A DNA stretch of 64,000 bases from Gammaproteobacteria bacterium. Lineage in GTDB: Bacteria; Pseudomonadota; Gammaproteobacteria; Natronospirales; REEB76. The DNA lies in assembly GCA_036383255.1 (NCBI GenBank), contig DASVOS010000009.1:47287-111286 (forward strand). Reading direction: 5' to 3'. Below are positions 17,929 through 28,337 of the stretch, piece after piece; the first letter of the stretch is position 1; every line of letters begins with the position of its first letter. The position numbers and the translations under genes are program-made. Below the pieces are notes generated by a model that made no database searches, was not told where the DNA came from, and saw only the letters and a program-made list of their open reading frames with translations.

Positions 17929-18747
17929 ATGCGCACAAATAAAAACATCTTGCTCATCCCCTTACTGCTCGCCTGCCTCGCTTCGTGCGCCACGTCGCCC
18001 ACCGGTCGCAAGCAACTCAGCCTGATCTCTGACCAGGATGCCGCCCAGATGGGCACCCAGTCGTTCAGGCAGATCCAGAAGCAAACCCCCTTGGACAAGG
18101 ACAAGGATGACAACGCCTACGCCGAGTGCATCGTGCATGCGCTGGCAGGTGCCACCGGCAAGCCGCGCGGCGGCGGCAAGTGGGACGTGGCGGTGTTCAA
18201 GCAGGACAAGACCGTGAATGCCTTCGCGCTTCCCGGCGGCCATGTCTCGGTGTACACGGGTATCTTCCCCGTCGCCAAGACCCCGGGTGAGCTCGCCGCG
18301 GTGCTGGGTCACGAGATGGGCCACGTGCAAGCGGGTCACGGCGCCGAGCGCATCTCCGACCAGACCGCAGCGCAGGTGGGGGTCGGCCTCGCGGCCATCC
18401 TCGCCGGCATCGACCAGAGCAGCGGCAAGGGCCAGGCCGCCATGGCAGCGCTCGGCCTCGGGACCCAGGTCGGCGTGCTGCTCCCGTTCAGCCGCGCCCA
18501 GGAGAGCGAGGCGGACGTACTAGGCATGCAGTACATGGCCGAGGCGGGCTTCGATCCCCATGAGGCGCTGGATCTCTGGCGCAACATGATGAAGGCCAAC
18601 ACCGGCGCGCCGCCGGAGATCCTTTCCGACCACCCTTCGGATGAGAACCGGCTGCAGGACCTGCAGGCCAGGCTGCCCGAGAACATGCAGCGCTACCAAG
18701 CGGCAAAACGCAGGGGACGCACGCCGAACTGTATCCCGCCGGGCTGA
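17929..18747 (+). CDS. M48-family zinc metalloprotease lipoprotein
   Basis: 272 aa. Lipobox LLACLASC, HEMGH zinc motif, downstream ESEAD. Confidence 0.85.
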   Translation: MRTNKNILLIPLLLACLASCATSPTGRKQLSLISDQDAAQMGTQSFRQIQKQTPLDKDKDDNAYAECIVHALAGATGKPRGGGKWDVAVFKQDKTVNAFALPGGHVSVYTGIFPVAKTPGELAAVLGHEMGHVQAGHGAERISDQTAAQVGVGLAAILAGIDQSSGKGQAAMAALGLGTQVGVLLPFSRAQESEADVLGMQYMAEAGFDPHEALDLWRNMMKANTGAPPEILSDHPSDENRLQDLQARLPENMQRYQAAKRRGRTPNCIPPG

Positions 18748-18797
18748 CCGGCCCCAAGCTTTTTTGGGAGAATTGCTACATAATCCGGGATAGGGAA

Positions 18798-18820
18798 GCC
18801 GCCCGGAGAGGCGGTCTTTT
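18798..18820 (+). terminator. weak rho-independent terminator candidate
   Basis: GCCGCC-CGGAGA-GGCGGT-CTTTT. Confidence 0.35.
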
Positions 18821-18853
18821 ACACCAAAAATAGAGAACAGGGCCTCGCCCCAC

Positions 18854-21800
18854 ATGTTCCATCGCCCACGCAAGCAGCGCGACGAGAGAGGCAAGGCCCG
18901 CTGGGCCGGGCTCGCGCTCGCGTGTCTCGCCTGCGGTGCAGCCGCGGCCGCCGATATGCCATTTCCGCCCGGCTCGAGCCTGCGCTTCCGTCACATCGGC
19001 ATCGAGGACGGGCTCGCCCAGAGTTCCGTGCAGGCCATCATCCAGGACGGCCAGGGCTACATGTGGTTCGGCACGCAGGATGGGCTGCAGCGCTACGACG
19101 GCTACGAGTTCCTGACGCTGCGCCATGATCCGGCTGACCCGGACTCCCTGGCGGACAACAACGTGAACGTACTGGCGCTGGGCGAGGGCGGTGCGCTCTG
19201 GGTAGGCACCACGCTCTCGGGCCTGGACCGGCTTGAGCCGGGCACGCGCCGCTTCACCCACTTCCATCACGATCCCAAGGATCCGGCCAGCATCGCCGAC
19301 GACCAGATCTCGTCGCTGCTGGTGGACCGCAAGCACCGCATGTGGGTCGGCCATGCCGCCGGTCTCGACCGTTTCGACGGCCACGCCTTCCATCATTACC
19401 GACTGCCGTCCAAGACCGCCGACGGCGTGCTCAGCCTCTATGAGGATGCGGGCGGGCGCCTGTGGGTGGGCAGCAACCACGGGGTGTTCTATTTCGACGC
19501 CGCGGGTGACCGGCTGCAGCCTCTCGTGCCGCCCGGTATCCGCGATGCGAACGAGCGCGGCCTGTTCACCGAGTCTCCGATCCACGGCTTCATGGAGGCC
19601 GGGGGTTTCCTGCTGATCGCGAGCGGGCGAGGCATCGCGGCACTGGACGCGGCCCACGACGAGAAGCACTTCTACAGCCACGCCGCCGCCGCCGACTCCC
19701 TCTCCAACGACCACGCACTGGCACTGCTGAAGGACCCAGCTGGCGACGTGTGGGTCGGCACCTACGGCGGCGGCCTCAACCGCTTCGAGGTGGACAGTGG
19801 GCGGTTCGAATCCTACCAGCACGACGCCACCGACCCGGGGAGCCTTGGCAGCGACAACATCGATATGCTGTACCAGGACCGCTCGGGACTGGTGTGGATC
19901 GGCACCAACGAGAGCGGCGTGGACGTGTACAACCCGCGCACGCGCGCCTTCGGTTACTACCGGCACCGCCAGGGTGATGCCAACAGCCTCGCCAGCAACA
20001 TGGTGTGGAGCGTATACAAGGATGCCCACGGCGAACTGTGGGTCGGCACCGACCAGGGGCTGACGCGGCTTGATGCGTCGCGGCGGCGCTACCGCCAGTA
20101 CCACATGGGCAACCGGCCTGCGAACCGGCCCGACGACGACCAGATCAACGCCGTGACCGGCGACGCCCAGGGCGGCATCTGGACCGGCACCGACTACGGG
20201 TTGTTCCGCCGCGCCGCCGGCAGCGAGGAGTTCAGGCACTACGACCTCATCGCCCATGACGACGATTCCGAAGGCGACATCGTGAACCTCGTGTACGTGG
20301 ACGGCCGCGGCCGCATCTGGGCCGGCACCGGCCTCGGACTGGCGCGGGTCGATCCCGCCACCGGCAAGGTGTGGCGCTACCAGCACGACGACCGCCGGCC
20401 AGGCAGCCTGCCCGACAACAGCGTGGTGACGATGTGCGAGACCAGCGACGGCAAGCTGTGGCTCGGCACCGGCGGCGGACTCGCCTCCTTCGACGGCGAA
20501 CACGACCTGTTCACTGCCTACCATAGCGACCCGCGCGATCCCGCGAGCCTGAGCTACGACAGCATCCAGAGCTGCCAGCCGGACGGCGAGGGCGGACTGT
20601 GGATCGGCACGGCGGTGGGGTTGGATCACCTCAAGGCCGGCGGGCACGCATTCAAGCGTTACTTCGCCGCCGACGGCCTGCCCAGCGATACCATCTATGC
20701 CGTGCTGCGCGACGCCAGCGGCGGCATCTGGTCCAGCACCGGGCATGGCCTGTCCCGACTGGACCCGGCCACCGGTGCGTTCCGCAACTACGTCAAGAGC
20801 GACGGCCTGCAGAGCGACGAGTTCAACGGCGGTGCCGCATTCGCGGCGCCGGACGGCGAACTCCTGTTCGGCGGCGTGGACGGCGTCAACGCGTTCTATC
20901 CCGAGCAGCTCAGCCGCGACACCGAGCCGCCGGCGGTGGCGATCACCCGTTTCGTGCGCCACGGCGACGATGTTTCACTGGACACGCCGGACGGCCCGCT
21001 CAGGCAGGCGGAGGTGCAGTACCGGCAGAACATCCTCAGCTTCGAGTTCACCGCCTTCGACTACGCAGAGCCGGACCTCAACACCTTCAGTTACCGGCTG
21101 GACGGCTTCGACAGCGACTGGCATACGCTGCGCGGCCGCCACGCGGCCACCTACACCAACCTGGACCCCGGCAGCTACGTGCTGCGGGTACGCGGCGCCA
21201 ACAGCGACGGGGTGTGGAACGAGCGCGAGGCCTCCCTGGACATCGAGGTGCTGCCGCCCGCCTGGCGCACCGGCTGGGCCTATCTGCTGTACGTGGCTGC
21301 GGCGTTCGTCTCCCTGATGCTGGGACTCGGCCTCTATAAGCGCTTCATCACCCGTGAGCACCAGCTCGAGAACGAACAGCAGCGACGCCAGTGGGCGGAA
21401 TCGCTGCACAACCTCATCCACTCGGTCACCGCCCAGCGCGACGAGCGCGCCATCGCCGAACAGCTCATCGACACCCTCACTAACTTCATCACCTATGAGC
21501 AGGCCCTGTTCTACGTGGAGCGGGACGGGGCACTGCAGCTCGTCGCGTCGCGCGGCATCGGCGCCGGCGAGCAGGATTACCTCGAGCACTGGCCGCAGCA
21601 GCAGCCGCGCATCGTGGCACGTCTCAGGCAAGCCAGCCAGGCGCTGCTGCTCGCGCCCGAGGATGCCGCCACCCTGGCGGGCGGCGGCGCGCGGCCCGGC
21701 CGCCACCATTACCTGGCGGTGCCGCTGCATTCCGGCAGCGGCGCATTCCGGCTGCTCCTGGTCGGGCGCCCGAATCGGCCGCTGGACCTGCAGCAGATGG

Positions 21801-22378
21801 AGGTGGCTTCGGCCATGGCCAAGCAGGTGAGCGTGGCGCTGGACAATGCCCAGCTCATCAAGGACCTGGAGAACCTCGCCACCACCGACGGCCTGACCCG
21901 TCTCTATAACCGGCGCCACTTCATGGAACGGGCCGAGAGCGAGTTCGAGCGCAGCCATCGCTACCGGCGCGAACTGTCGGTGTTCCTGATCGACGCCGAC
22001 CACTTCAAGGCCATCAACGACACCCATGGCCACGATGCCGGGGACCGGGTGCTGCGGTTACTGGCCGCCACCTGCCGCCAGGGGCTGCGCCAGCTCGACG
22101 TGCTCGGCCGCTACGGCGGCGAAGAACTGGTGGTGTTGCTGCCGGAGACCCCGGCTGGGCTCGCGCTCGAGACCGCCGAACGGCTGCGGCGCAGCATCGA
22201 GCAGCTGCGCGTACCGGCCCTGGACGGCGAGATCCACCTCAGCGTGAGCATCGGCGTCGCCACCGCGACCCCGGATACCGAGAGCGTGGCCGCACTCATC
22301 AACCAGGCGGACCGCGCCCTGTACGAGGCGAAGCGCGGCGGGCGCAACCGCGTCGTGGCGTCCGGCGTGAAGACTTGA
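18854..22378 (+). CDS. sensor diguanylate cyclase: periplasmic two-component-regulator propeller repeats, Y_Y_Y region, TM, GAF, GGDEF
   Basis: 1174 aa. Many WVGT/WIGT propeller repeats, a TM helix (WAYLLYVAAAFVSLMLGLGLY), and a C-terminal GGDEF domain reading RYGGEELVVLL with an RQLD I-site five residues upstream. Confidence 0.85.
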   Translation: MFHRPRKQRDERGKARWAGLALACLACGAAAAADMPFPPGSSLRFRHIGIEDGLAQSSVQAIIQDGQGYMWFGTQDGLQRYDGYEFLTLRHDPADPDSLADNNVNVLALGEGGALWVGTTLSGLDRLEPGTRRFTHFHHDPKDPASIADDQISSLLVDRKHRMWVGHAAGLDRFDGHAFHHYRLPSKTADGVLSLYEDAGGRLWVGSNHGVFYFDAAGDRLQPLVPPGIRDANERGLFTESPIHGFMEAGGFLLIASGRGIAALDAAHDEKHFYSHAAAADSLSNDHALALLKDPAGDVWVGTYGGGLNRFEVDSGRFESYQHDATDPGSLGSDNIDMLYQDRSGLVWIGTNESGVDVYNPRTRAFGYYRHRQGDANSLASNMVWSVYKDAHGELWVGTDQGLTRLDASRRRYRQYHMGNRPANRPDDDQINAVTGDAQGGIWTGTDYGLFRRAAGSEEFRHYDLIAHDDDSEGDIVNLVYVDGRGRIWAGTGLGLARVDPATGKVWRYQHDDRRPGSLPDNSVVTMCETSDGKLWLGTGGGLASFDGEHDLFTAYHSDPRDPASLSYDSIQSCQPDGEGGLWIGTAVGLDHLKAGGHAFKRYFAADGLPSDTIYAVLRDASGGIWSSTGHGLSRLDPATGAFRNYVKSDGLQSDEFNGGAAFAAPDGELLFGGVDGVNAFYPEQLSRDTEPPAVAITRFVRHGDDVSLDTPDGPLRQAEVQYRQNILSFEFTAFDYAEPDLNTFSYRLDGFDSDWHTLRGRHAATYTNLDPGSYVLRVRGANSDGVWNEREASLDIEVLPPAWRTGWAYLLYVAAAFVSLMLGLGLYKRFITREHQLENEQQRRQWAESLHNLIHSVTAQRDERAIAEQLIDTLTNFITYEQALFYVERDGALQLVASRGIGAGEQDYLEHWPQQQPRIVARLRQASQALLLAPEDAATLAGGGARPGRHHYLAVPLHSGSGAFRLLLVGRPNRPLDLQQMEVASAMAKQVSVALDNAQLIKDLENLATTDGLTRLYNRRHFMERAESEFERSHRYRRELSVFLIDADHFKAINDTHGHDAGDRVLRLLAATCRQGLRQLDVLGRYGGEELVVLLPETPAGLALETAERLRRSIEQLRVPALDGEIHLSVSIGVATATPDTESVAALINQADRALYEAKRGGRNRVVASGVKT

Positions 22379-22400
22379 CCCGCGCTTGAGAAGGGGGCGT

Positions 22401-22634
22401 ATGGACGGGAAGCGGGGCGCACCCAGGCGCCACAAGCGGCTGCTCGGCGTGGTGCTGGCGGTGCTCGCTGCCAGCATCTGGCCCGGCTATCTCGTGGCCG
22501 CGCGCATCGAGCCCTACGTGCTGGGCCTGCCATTCAGCATGGCCTGGCTGGTGGGCGGCATCCTGCTGGTGTTCATCGCGCTTCTGCTGACCTTCCGCGC
22601 CGACATGCGCGCGGGCAGGGGAGGCGGGCGATGA
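22401..22634 (+). CDS. DUF3311-like small membrane protein (symporter accessory subunit)
   Basis: The ATG at 22401 follows AAGGGGG. Two TM helices. Overlaps the start of the downstream sodium:solute symporter, as DUF3311 genes typically do. Confidence 0.6.
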   Translation: MDGKRGAPRRHKRLLGVVLAVLAASIWPGYLVAARIEPYVLGLPFSMAWLVGGILLVFIALLLTFRADMRAGRGGGR

Positions 22635-24100
22635 CCGTCGAACTGGTCCCGTGCCTCGTGTACCTCGGCATCGCGCTGCTGCTCGGCATGCTGCCGGCCA
22701 GGTTCAGCTCCCGGAGCGTGGCGGGCTACGTCGCCGGCGACCGCAGCCTCAACACGGTGCTCCTGTACTTCGTGCTGGGCGCGGCGGTGTTCTCCTCGTT
22801 CGCGTTCCTGGGCGGGCCCGGCTGGGCCTACTCACGCGGCGCCGCGGCGTTCTACATCCTGTCCTACGGCGCCTTCGGCATGATCCCGTTCTACTTCCTG
22901 GGGCCGCGGGCGCGCCGCATCGGCGCCAGGCTCGGCTTCTTCACCCAGGCGGAGATCATCGGCCACCGTTTCGATAGCCGCGCCCTGCAGGTGGCAGTGG
23001 CGCTCTTGAGCATCGCAGCGCTGGTGCCCTACCTCACGCTGCAGATCAAGGGTGTCGGTCTCATCCTAGCGGTGGCGAGCCATGGTGAGCTGCCGGAGTG
23101 GGCCGGCGCGCTCATCGCCTACGGCATCGTGACGGTATATGTGCTCTACAGCGGCATGCTGGGGGTGAGCTGGACCAGCGTGTTCATGGGCATCGCCATG
23201 ATGAGCATCGGCTGGTTGTTCGGCCTGTACCTGCCCTGGAAGTTCTACGGCGGAGTGGAAGGCATGTTCCATGCCCTCGCGTCCGGACCCCATGCGGCGA
23301 TGCTGGTGCCGCCGGGTCTCGCCGCTGACGGCGCGGCCTGGGACTGGTGGGGCTACAGCTCGGCGATCGTGGTCTCGGTGCTGGGCTTCTGCTGCTGGCC
23401 GCATTTCTTCATGCGCAGCATGGCGGCGAAGGACGACCGCAGCCTCAAGCTCATGGTGGTGATGTACCCGACCATGCAGGTGTTCATGGTGCCGGTGCTG
23501 ATCATCGGCTTCTCGGCGGTGCTGATGTTCCCGGGCATCCAGCCTGCCGACACGGTGCTTCCGTTCATGCTGCAGCACGCCGGGCTCTCGCCCTGGCTGG
23601 TGGGGCTGGCCTCGGCCGGCACGCTGGCGGCCTCCATGCACACCGGGGATGCCATCATGCATGCCGCCGCCACGGTGGGCGTGCGTGACGGCATCGTGCC
23701 GCTCCTCGGTAAGCCGCTGAGCGACAAGCGCGAGCGCCGGCTCATCCAGGTGCTGGTGCTGGTGATCACGGCGGTGGCGTACTACTACGCGATGATGTCC
23801 AAGGCCTCGCTGGTGTCGCTGCTGCTGGGTTCCTACGGCGGTGTGGCGCAGATCTTCCCGGTCCTCATCGCCGCGTTCTACTGGCCGCGCGCCACCGCCG
23901 CCGGCGTCACCGCCGGCTTGCTCACGGGCATCGGTGTGAACATGCTGTTACTGCTGATGCCGGCCCTGAAGCCGGTACCGCTGCACGAAGGCATCTACGG
24001 CCTGCTGGCGAACGTGATCGTGCTGGTGGGCGTGAGCCTGCTGACACGTCCGGCAGACGCCGAACGGCTCAAATACTATGCGGAACCAGGTTGGGATTGA
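22631..24100 (+). CDS. sodium:solute symporter (SSS) family transporter
   Basis: 489 aa with about 12-13 TM helices and SSS-like composition. Substrate not inferable. Confidence 0.8.
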   Translation: MTVELVPCLVYLGIALLLGMLPARFSSRSVAGYVAGDRSLNTVLLYFVLGAAVFSSFAFLGGPGWAYSRGAAAFYILSYGAFGMIPFYFLGPRARRIGARLGFFTQAEIIGHRFDSRALQVAVALLSIAALVPYLTLQIKGVGLILAVASHGELPEWAGALIAYGIVTVYVLYSGMLGVSWTSVFMGIAMMSIGWLFGLYLPWKFYGGVEGMFHALASGPHAAMLVPPGLAADGAAWDWWGYSSAIVVSVLGFCCWPHFFMRSMAAKDDRSLKLMVVMYPTMQVFMVPVLIIGFSAVLMFPGIQPADTVLPFMLQHAGLSPWLVGLASAGTLAASMHTGDAIMHAAATVGVRDGIVPLLGKPLSDKRERRLIQVLVLVITAVAYYYAMMSKASLVSLLLGSYGGVAQIFPVLIAAFYWPRATAAGVTAGLLTGIGVNMLLLLMPALKPVPLHEGIYGLLANVIVLVGVSLLTRPADAERLKYYAEPGWD

Positions 24101-24103
24101 GGC

Positions 24104-27100
24104 TTATTTGGGCGGGGCGAGGGCAGCCAGATATTTCTCCACTTCGGTTATGGCCATGGGCTTGGAGAAGAAGTAACCCTGGCCTTTGCGGCAGCCCAGG
24201 GCGCGGAGCAGTTCCACCTGGCGCGCGTCCTCGATGCCTTCCGCCACCACGTCCATGCCCAGGTCCGCCGCCAGCACCGTGATGGTGCGCACGATGGCGC
24301 GGTCGGCACGCGCCTTCTCGATGCCGGTGATGAAGGAACGGTCGATCTTGAGGGTGTCGATCTTGAACCGGCGCAGCGCCGAGAGCGACGAGTAGCCGGT
24401 GCCGAAGTCATCCATCTGCAGGTTCACGCCCACCGTGCGCAGGCGCGCGATGGTCTCCACGGCCAGCGCCGGGTTGTCCATGAACACCGTCTCGGTGATC
24501 TCCAGGCACAGGTTCTTGGGCTTGAGGCCGGTGATGTCCAGCACCCGCGCCACGCGCTGCGGCAGAACCCAGTGGGCGAACTGGCGGTTGGCGATGTTCA
24601 CGCTCATGGTGATCTCGTCGCCGAGGTGCTTGTACTTCTTCTTCCAGGCGGCGAACTGGGCGCAGGCGGTCTCCATCACCCACCAGCCGATGGGGATGAT
24701 GAGGCCGGTCTCCTCGGCCACCGCCAGGAAGTGCTCGGGACCCAGCAGTCCCTGGTTCGGGTGTTCCCAGCGCACCAGCGCCTCGAAGCCCGAGAGCTTG
24801 TTGGCCGACAGGTCCATCACCGGCTGGTAGAACACGCGGAACTCGCTGCGCTGCAGGGCCTGGCGCAGGTCCGTCTCGAGCTTGAGGTTGGCCTTGGCGC
24901 TCTCGTGCATGGCATCGTCGAACACCACGTAGCCGGCTTTGCCGGCGGCCTTGGCGCGGTACATGGCGGTGTCGGCGTCGCGCAGGATCTCGTCCGGGTG
25001 CTTGTAGTGGGGCGCGTTGATGACGATGCCGATGCTGGCGTTGGTGAACACCTCGTGGCCGTCCACGGTGATGGCGCGGGCCAGCTCCTCGTGCACCCTG
25101 TCCGCCACCGCGGTGGCGTCATCCAGTCCGGTGATGTTCTCCACCAGGATGGTGAACTCGTCACCGCCGTAGCGGGCGATGAGGTCGGCGGGCCGCAGGC
25201 ACGTGCGCAGCCGGCGCGCGATCGCCGCCAGCACCCGGTCGCCGAAGGAATGGCCGAGGCCGTCGTTGATGAGCTTGAAGCGGTCGAGGTCGAGGAACAG
25301 CACCGCGAAGCGGTCGGAGCTGCGCTTCCCGACGTGCTCGAGGGTCTGCTGCAGCTTCTCCATGAAGAAGCTGCGGTTCGGCAGGTCGGTGAGCGCGTCA
25401 TGGTAGGCGCCGCGCAGCAGTTCCTGCTCGGAACGCTTCTGGGCGGTCACGTCGCGCACCGTGCCGGTGACAGCGGGAGACCCGCGGTAGGGCACGTGTG
25501 CCACTGTCACCGCTGCCACGACACGGGTCTTCTCGTCCCTGTGCATGAAGCGCAGCTCGTGGAGCTCGTGGCTGGCGTGCAGCACGTACTCCTCCTCGAA
25601 GGCGCTGCTGGAGTGCCGGTCCTCCGGCGCCAGCAGCGAACTGAACGAAAGGCCGGTCATCTCCTCGGGCTCGTAGCCGAGCATGGTGGCGAAGGCGCGG
25701 TTCACGTACACCAAGCCCCCGTGCGAGCTCAGGAACACGCCGTCCTGGCTCATGTCCACCAGCGTGCGGTACTTCTCCTCGGATTGGGCCAAGGCCTCCT
25801 CGGCCTGCTTGCGCGCGGTGATGTCGTGCAGCGTACCTTCGTAGTACTCCACCTTGCCGGACTTGTCCCGCACCACCCGTGAGTTGTCCGAGACCCAGAT
25901 GACGCTGCCGTCCCGGCGCGTGACCTGGATCTCCTCGTCGGTGTACTGGCCATCCTTCTCCAGGCGCGCGAGCAGCTCGGCGCGCTGCTCCGGGTGCAGG
26001 TAGGTGCGCTCGGCCACGCTCGGGCCGGCGGCCATCAGTTCCTTGGCGTCGGCGAAGCCCAGGATGCGGGCCAGCGCCTTGTTGGCGCGCAAGATGCGCC
26101 CGTCGGCAGTACTCTGGTAGATGCCCTCGACCGCGTTCTGGAAAATGCTGCTGTAGCGCTTCTCCACGTCCTGTAGGGCTTCGCCGCTGCCTGAGTCGGT
26201 GCCGACGCTCTGGTCGCGGCGGTCGTGGCAGACCGCCAGCACGGTGTGCATGCCGTCCAGTACCTGGAGGCGCGCGTGCACCCGCACCGGCACGGCGCTC
26301 CCGTCCTTGGCGCGCAGGCTGGTGTCGAACAGCAGCGCCTGGTCGGCGAGCAGCGCGGTATTGGTCTCGCGCAGCTTTTCCGCGTCCATGAGGCTGGAGA
26401 GGCTGATCTCCAGCAGCTCGTCGCGCGCGTAGCCGAGCAGGGTACAGGCAGTGTCGTTGGCCTCGATGAAGGGACCGCCGATGCGGCCGTCGGTGCCGAT
26501 GGGGTATACCAGTATCGCGTCGCCGCCGGTGTTGAACAGGGTGCGGTAGCTCACGTCGCGGCGGTGCAGGGCATCCAGGGTGGAGCGGTAGTCGGTGACA
26601 TCCAGCACCGCGGTCAACACGTAGGGCTTGCCCTCGATCTCCACCATCTCGGCAGAGGTGAGGCCGCGGCGCCTCTCGCCGTCACGGGTCAGGAAGTGGG
26701 CCTCACGGTTGGTGAGGCGGCCGCTGAGGCGCAGCTCCTGCAGGAATTCCTCGCGTTCCTCCGGGTACTCCCAGATGCCGAGTTCCACGGCGGTACGGCC
26801 GATGATCTCGGCTGGGCTGTGGCCAAGCATGCGCTCGACTGCGGCGTTCACGTCGGTGAACTTCCCGGTGTCGAGCTCGGAGATGGCGATGATGCCTGGC
26901 GCGGCGCGGAAGGCGGTGGCGAACTTGGCGGCGGCGAGGCGCTGCACCTCGTCGAAGCGGCGGCGGCGCAACTCCGCTGAACAGCGCGCGGCGAGGAGCC
27001 GCAGTGCGTCGAACAGCTCGTCGTTGGCCTGGAACGGCTGCCGCGACATGATGCCGAGGTGGCCGATGGACTGGCCGTCGGGGCCGGCGATGGCCACCGC

Positions 27101-27457
27101 GCAATAGGCACGTACGCCGTGCTTGCGCAGCCAGCGGTCCTCCGGGAAGGCGGTGGCGGCCTCGTCCTCGATCCACAACCGGCCTTCCGACATCACCCGT
27201 TCGGCGGGCGTGCCCGGCACATCGATCTCGCCCATGCCGCCAGCGGCATGGTTCACGTGCCAGCCGGCCACCACCCGCAGGCGGTTGGCGTCCTCTGGCA
27301 GGCGGCTGGTGACGAAGGCGTATTCGGTGTCGAGCGCCTCCGCCAGGCTGCGTACCAGCTGGCGGAAGAAGTCCTGCCCGGCGAAGCCCGCAGTCTGTTC
27401 CATCAGACTGTAGAGGATCCCCGCTGGCGCGGCGTGGAGGACGCTTTCCGGCTTCAT
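24104..27457 (-). CDS. GAF-PAS-PAS-PAS-GGDEF-EAL signalling protein
   Basis: 1117 aa. Intact GGDEF (RYGGDEFTIL), EAL (GFEALVRWEHP) and DDFGTGYSSL motifs, with several PAS modules. Confidence 0.9.
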   Translation of the reverse strand: MKPESVLHAAPAGILYSLMEQTAGFAGQDFFRQLVRSLAEALDTEYAFVTSRLPEDANRLRVVAGWHVNHAAGGMGEIDVPGTPAERVMSEGRLWIEDEAATAFPEDRWLRKHGVRAYCAVAIAGPDGQSIGHLGIMSRQPFQANDELFDALRLLAARCSAELRRRRFDEVQRLAAAKFATAFRAAPGIIAISELDTGKFTDVNAAVERMLGHSPAEIIGRTAVELGIWEYPEEREEFLQELRLSGRLTNREAHFLTRDGERRRGLTSAEMVEIEGKPYVLTAVLDVTDYRSTLDALHRRDVSYRTLFNTGGDAILVYPIGTDGRIGGPFIEANDTACTLLGYARDELLEISLSSLMDAEKLRETNTALLADQALLFDTSLRAKDGSAVPVRVHARLQVLDGMHTVLAVCHDRRDQSVGTDSGSGEALQDVEKRYSSIFQNAVEGIYQSTADGRILRANKALARILGFADAKELMAAGPSVAERTYLHPEQRAELLARLEKDGQYTDEEIQVTRRDGSVIWVSDNSRVVRDKSGKVEYYEGTLHDITARKQAEEALAQSEEKYRTLVDMSQDGVFLSSHGGLVYVNRAFATMLGYEPEEMTGLSFSSLLAPEDRHSSSAFEEEYVLHASHELHELRFMHRDEKTRVVAAVTVAHVPYRGSPAVTGTVRDVTAQKRSEQELLRGAYHDALTDLPNRSFFMEKLQQTLEHVGKRSSDRFAVLFLDLDRFKLINDGLGHSFGDRVLAAIARRLRTCLRPADLIARYGGDEFTILVENITGLDDATAVADRVHEELARAITVDGHEVFTNASIGIVINAPHYKHPDEILRDADTAMYRAKAAGKAGYVVFDDAMHESAKANLKLETDLRQALQRSEFRVFYQPVMDLSANKLSGFEALVRWEHPNQGLLGPEHFLAVAEETGLIIPIGWWVMETACAQFAAWKKKYKHLGDEITMSVNIANRQFAHWVLPQRVARVLDITGLKPKNLCLEITETVFMDNPALAVETIARLRTVGVNLQMDDFGTGYSSLSALRRFKIDTLKIDRSFITGIEKARADRAIVRTITVLAADLGMDVVAEGIEDARQVELLRALGCRKGQGYFFSKPMAITEVEKYLAALAPPK

Positions 27458-27584
27458 CTTGGGCAGGTTACCTTAGTCAGGCGGGTGCGTGCGGTCCTCT
27501 CCCGGAGCCGCAGCGAACGTAAATAATGCTTAAGGAGACGGTTCTAAGTCAATGAAAAACCAAGGGAAGACTAGGTGATTTCGG

Positions 27585-28337
27585 TCACCATTGTCCTTTG
27601 AAGTCGAAGGGATATTGCCCGGTACTGTCGGGGTTACCCAGGCCCGCCAGCAGGGAGCGGGTGGCACTGTCGCCGGGATCCTTGGCCGCCAGGGTACCGG
27701 CCAGGTGGTAGGCGCCCCCGGAACTCAAGCTGAGCTTGGCGTTCAGCCGCAGGGGGCTCGCCACGTCGGATACCTCGGCATCCACCCCGTCGGCGGCCGG
27801 CGTCAGCAGCATGCGGAAACTGCCCAGGGTGGCGGTGGCGGGCCAACTCAGCACTGCCTCATCCAAGTCCACCTCGCCCTGGGCGGAATGCAGGCTGCCG
27901 TCCTTGAAGCTCAGCTGGTCCAGGTGCAGCGTCAATGAGCCGGCCAGCGCGCGGGGCGGCAACGGCAGCCAAGCCACCACAGTCGCGACGGGCAGGCGCC
28001 CGTCCATGCCGCGCAGGTAGATGCGGTGACCCAGCCCAACGTCCACACGCGTCGCCAGCTCCTGCGATTCGCCCTCCAGTCGCACGCGATAACCGAAGCT
28101 GGCGGAGAACGGCGCGAGCCAGTCGAAATGCCAAGCCAAGCCGCCGAGGGACGCGCCTTGCCAGCGCACGTCAACCGCGGCGCCGGAGAAGACGGAGCCC
28201 GTGACGCCGTGGAGCTCGAGCCCGGGCAACTGCTGCATGGCGCGATCGGCGAGATACCGGGCGGGCAGGGTGGCGCCCAGGAACACGAGGTAGGAGACCG
28301 CACCCAGCAGCCACCAGCGCAGGACACGCCAGCTCAT
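27585..28337 (-). CDS. gspN: type II secretion system protein N
   Basis: 250 aa from MSWRVLRWWLLGAVSYL (single N-terminal TM helix). Last gene of the gsp operon. The track ORF upstream extension overlaps gspM out of frame. Confidence 0.75.
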   Translation of the reverse strand: MSWRVLRWWLLGAVSYLVFLGATLPARYLADRAMQQLPGLELHGVTGSVFSGAAVDVRWQGASLGGLAWHFDWLAPFSASFGYRVRLEGESQELATRVDVGLGHRIYLRGMDGRLPVATVVAWLPLPPRALAGSLTLHLDQLSFKDGSLHSAQGEVDLDEAVLSWPATATLGSFRMLLTPAADGVDAEVSDVASPLRLNAKLSLSSGGAYHLAGTLAAKDPGDSATRSLLAGLGNPDSTGQYPFDFKGQW

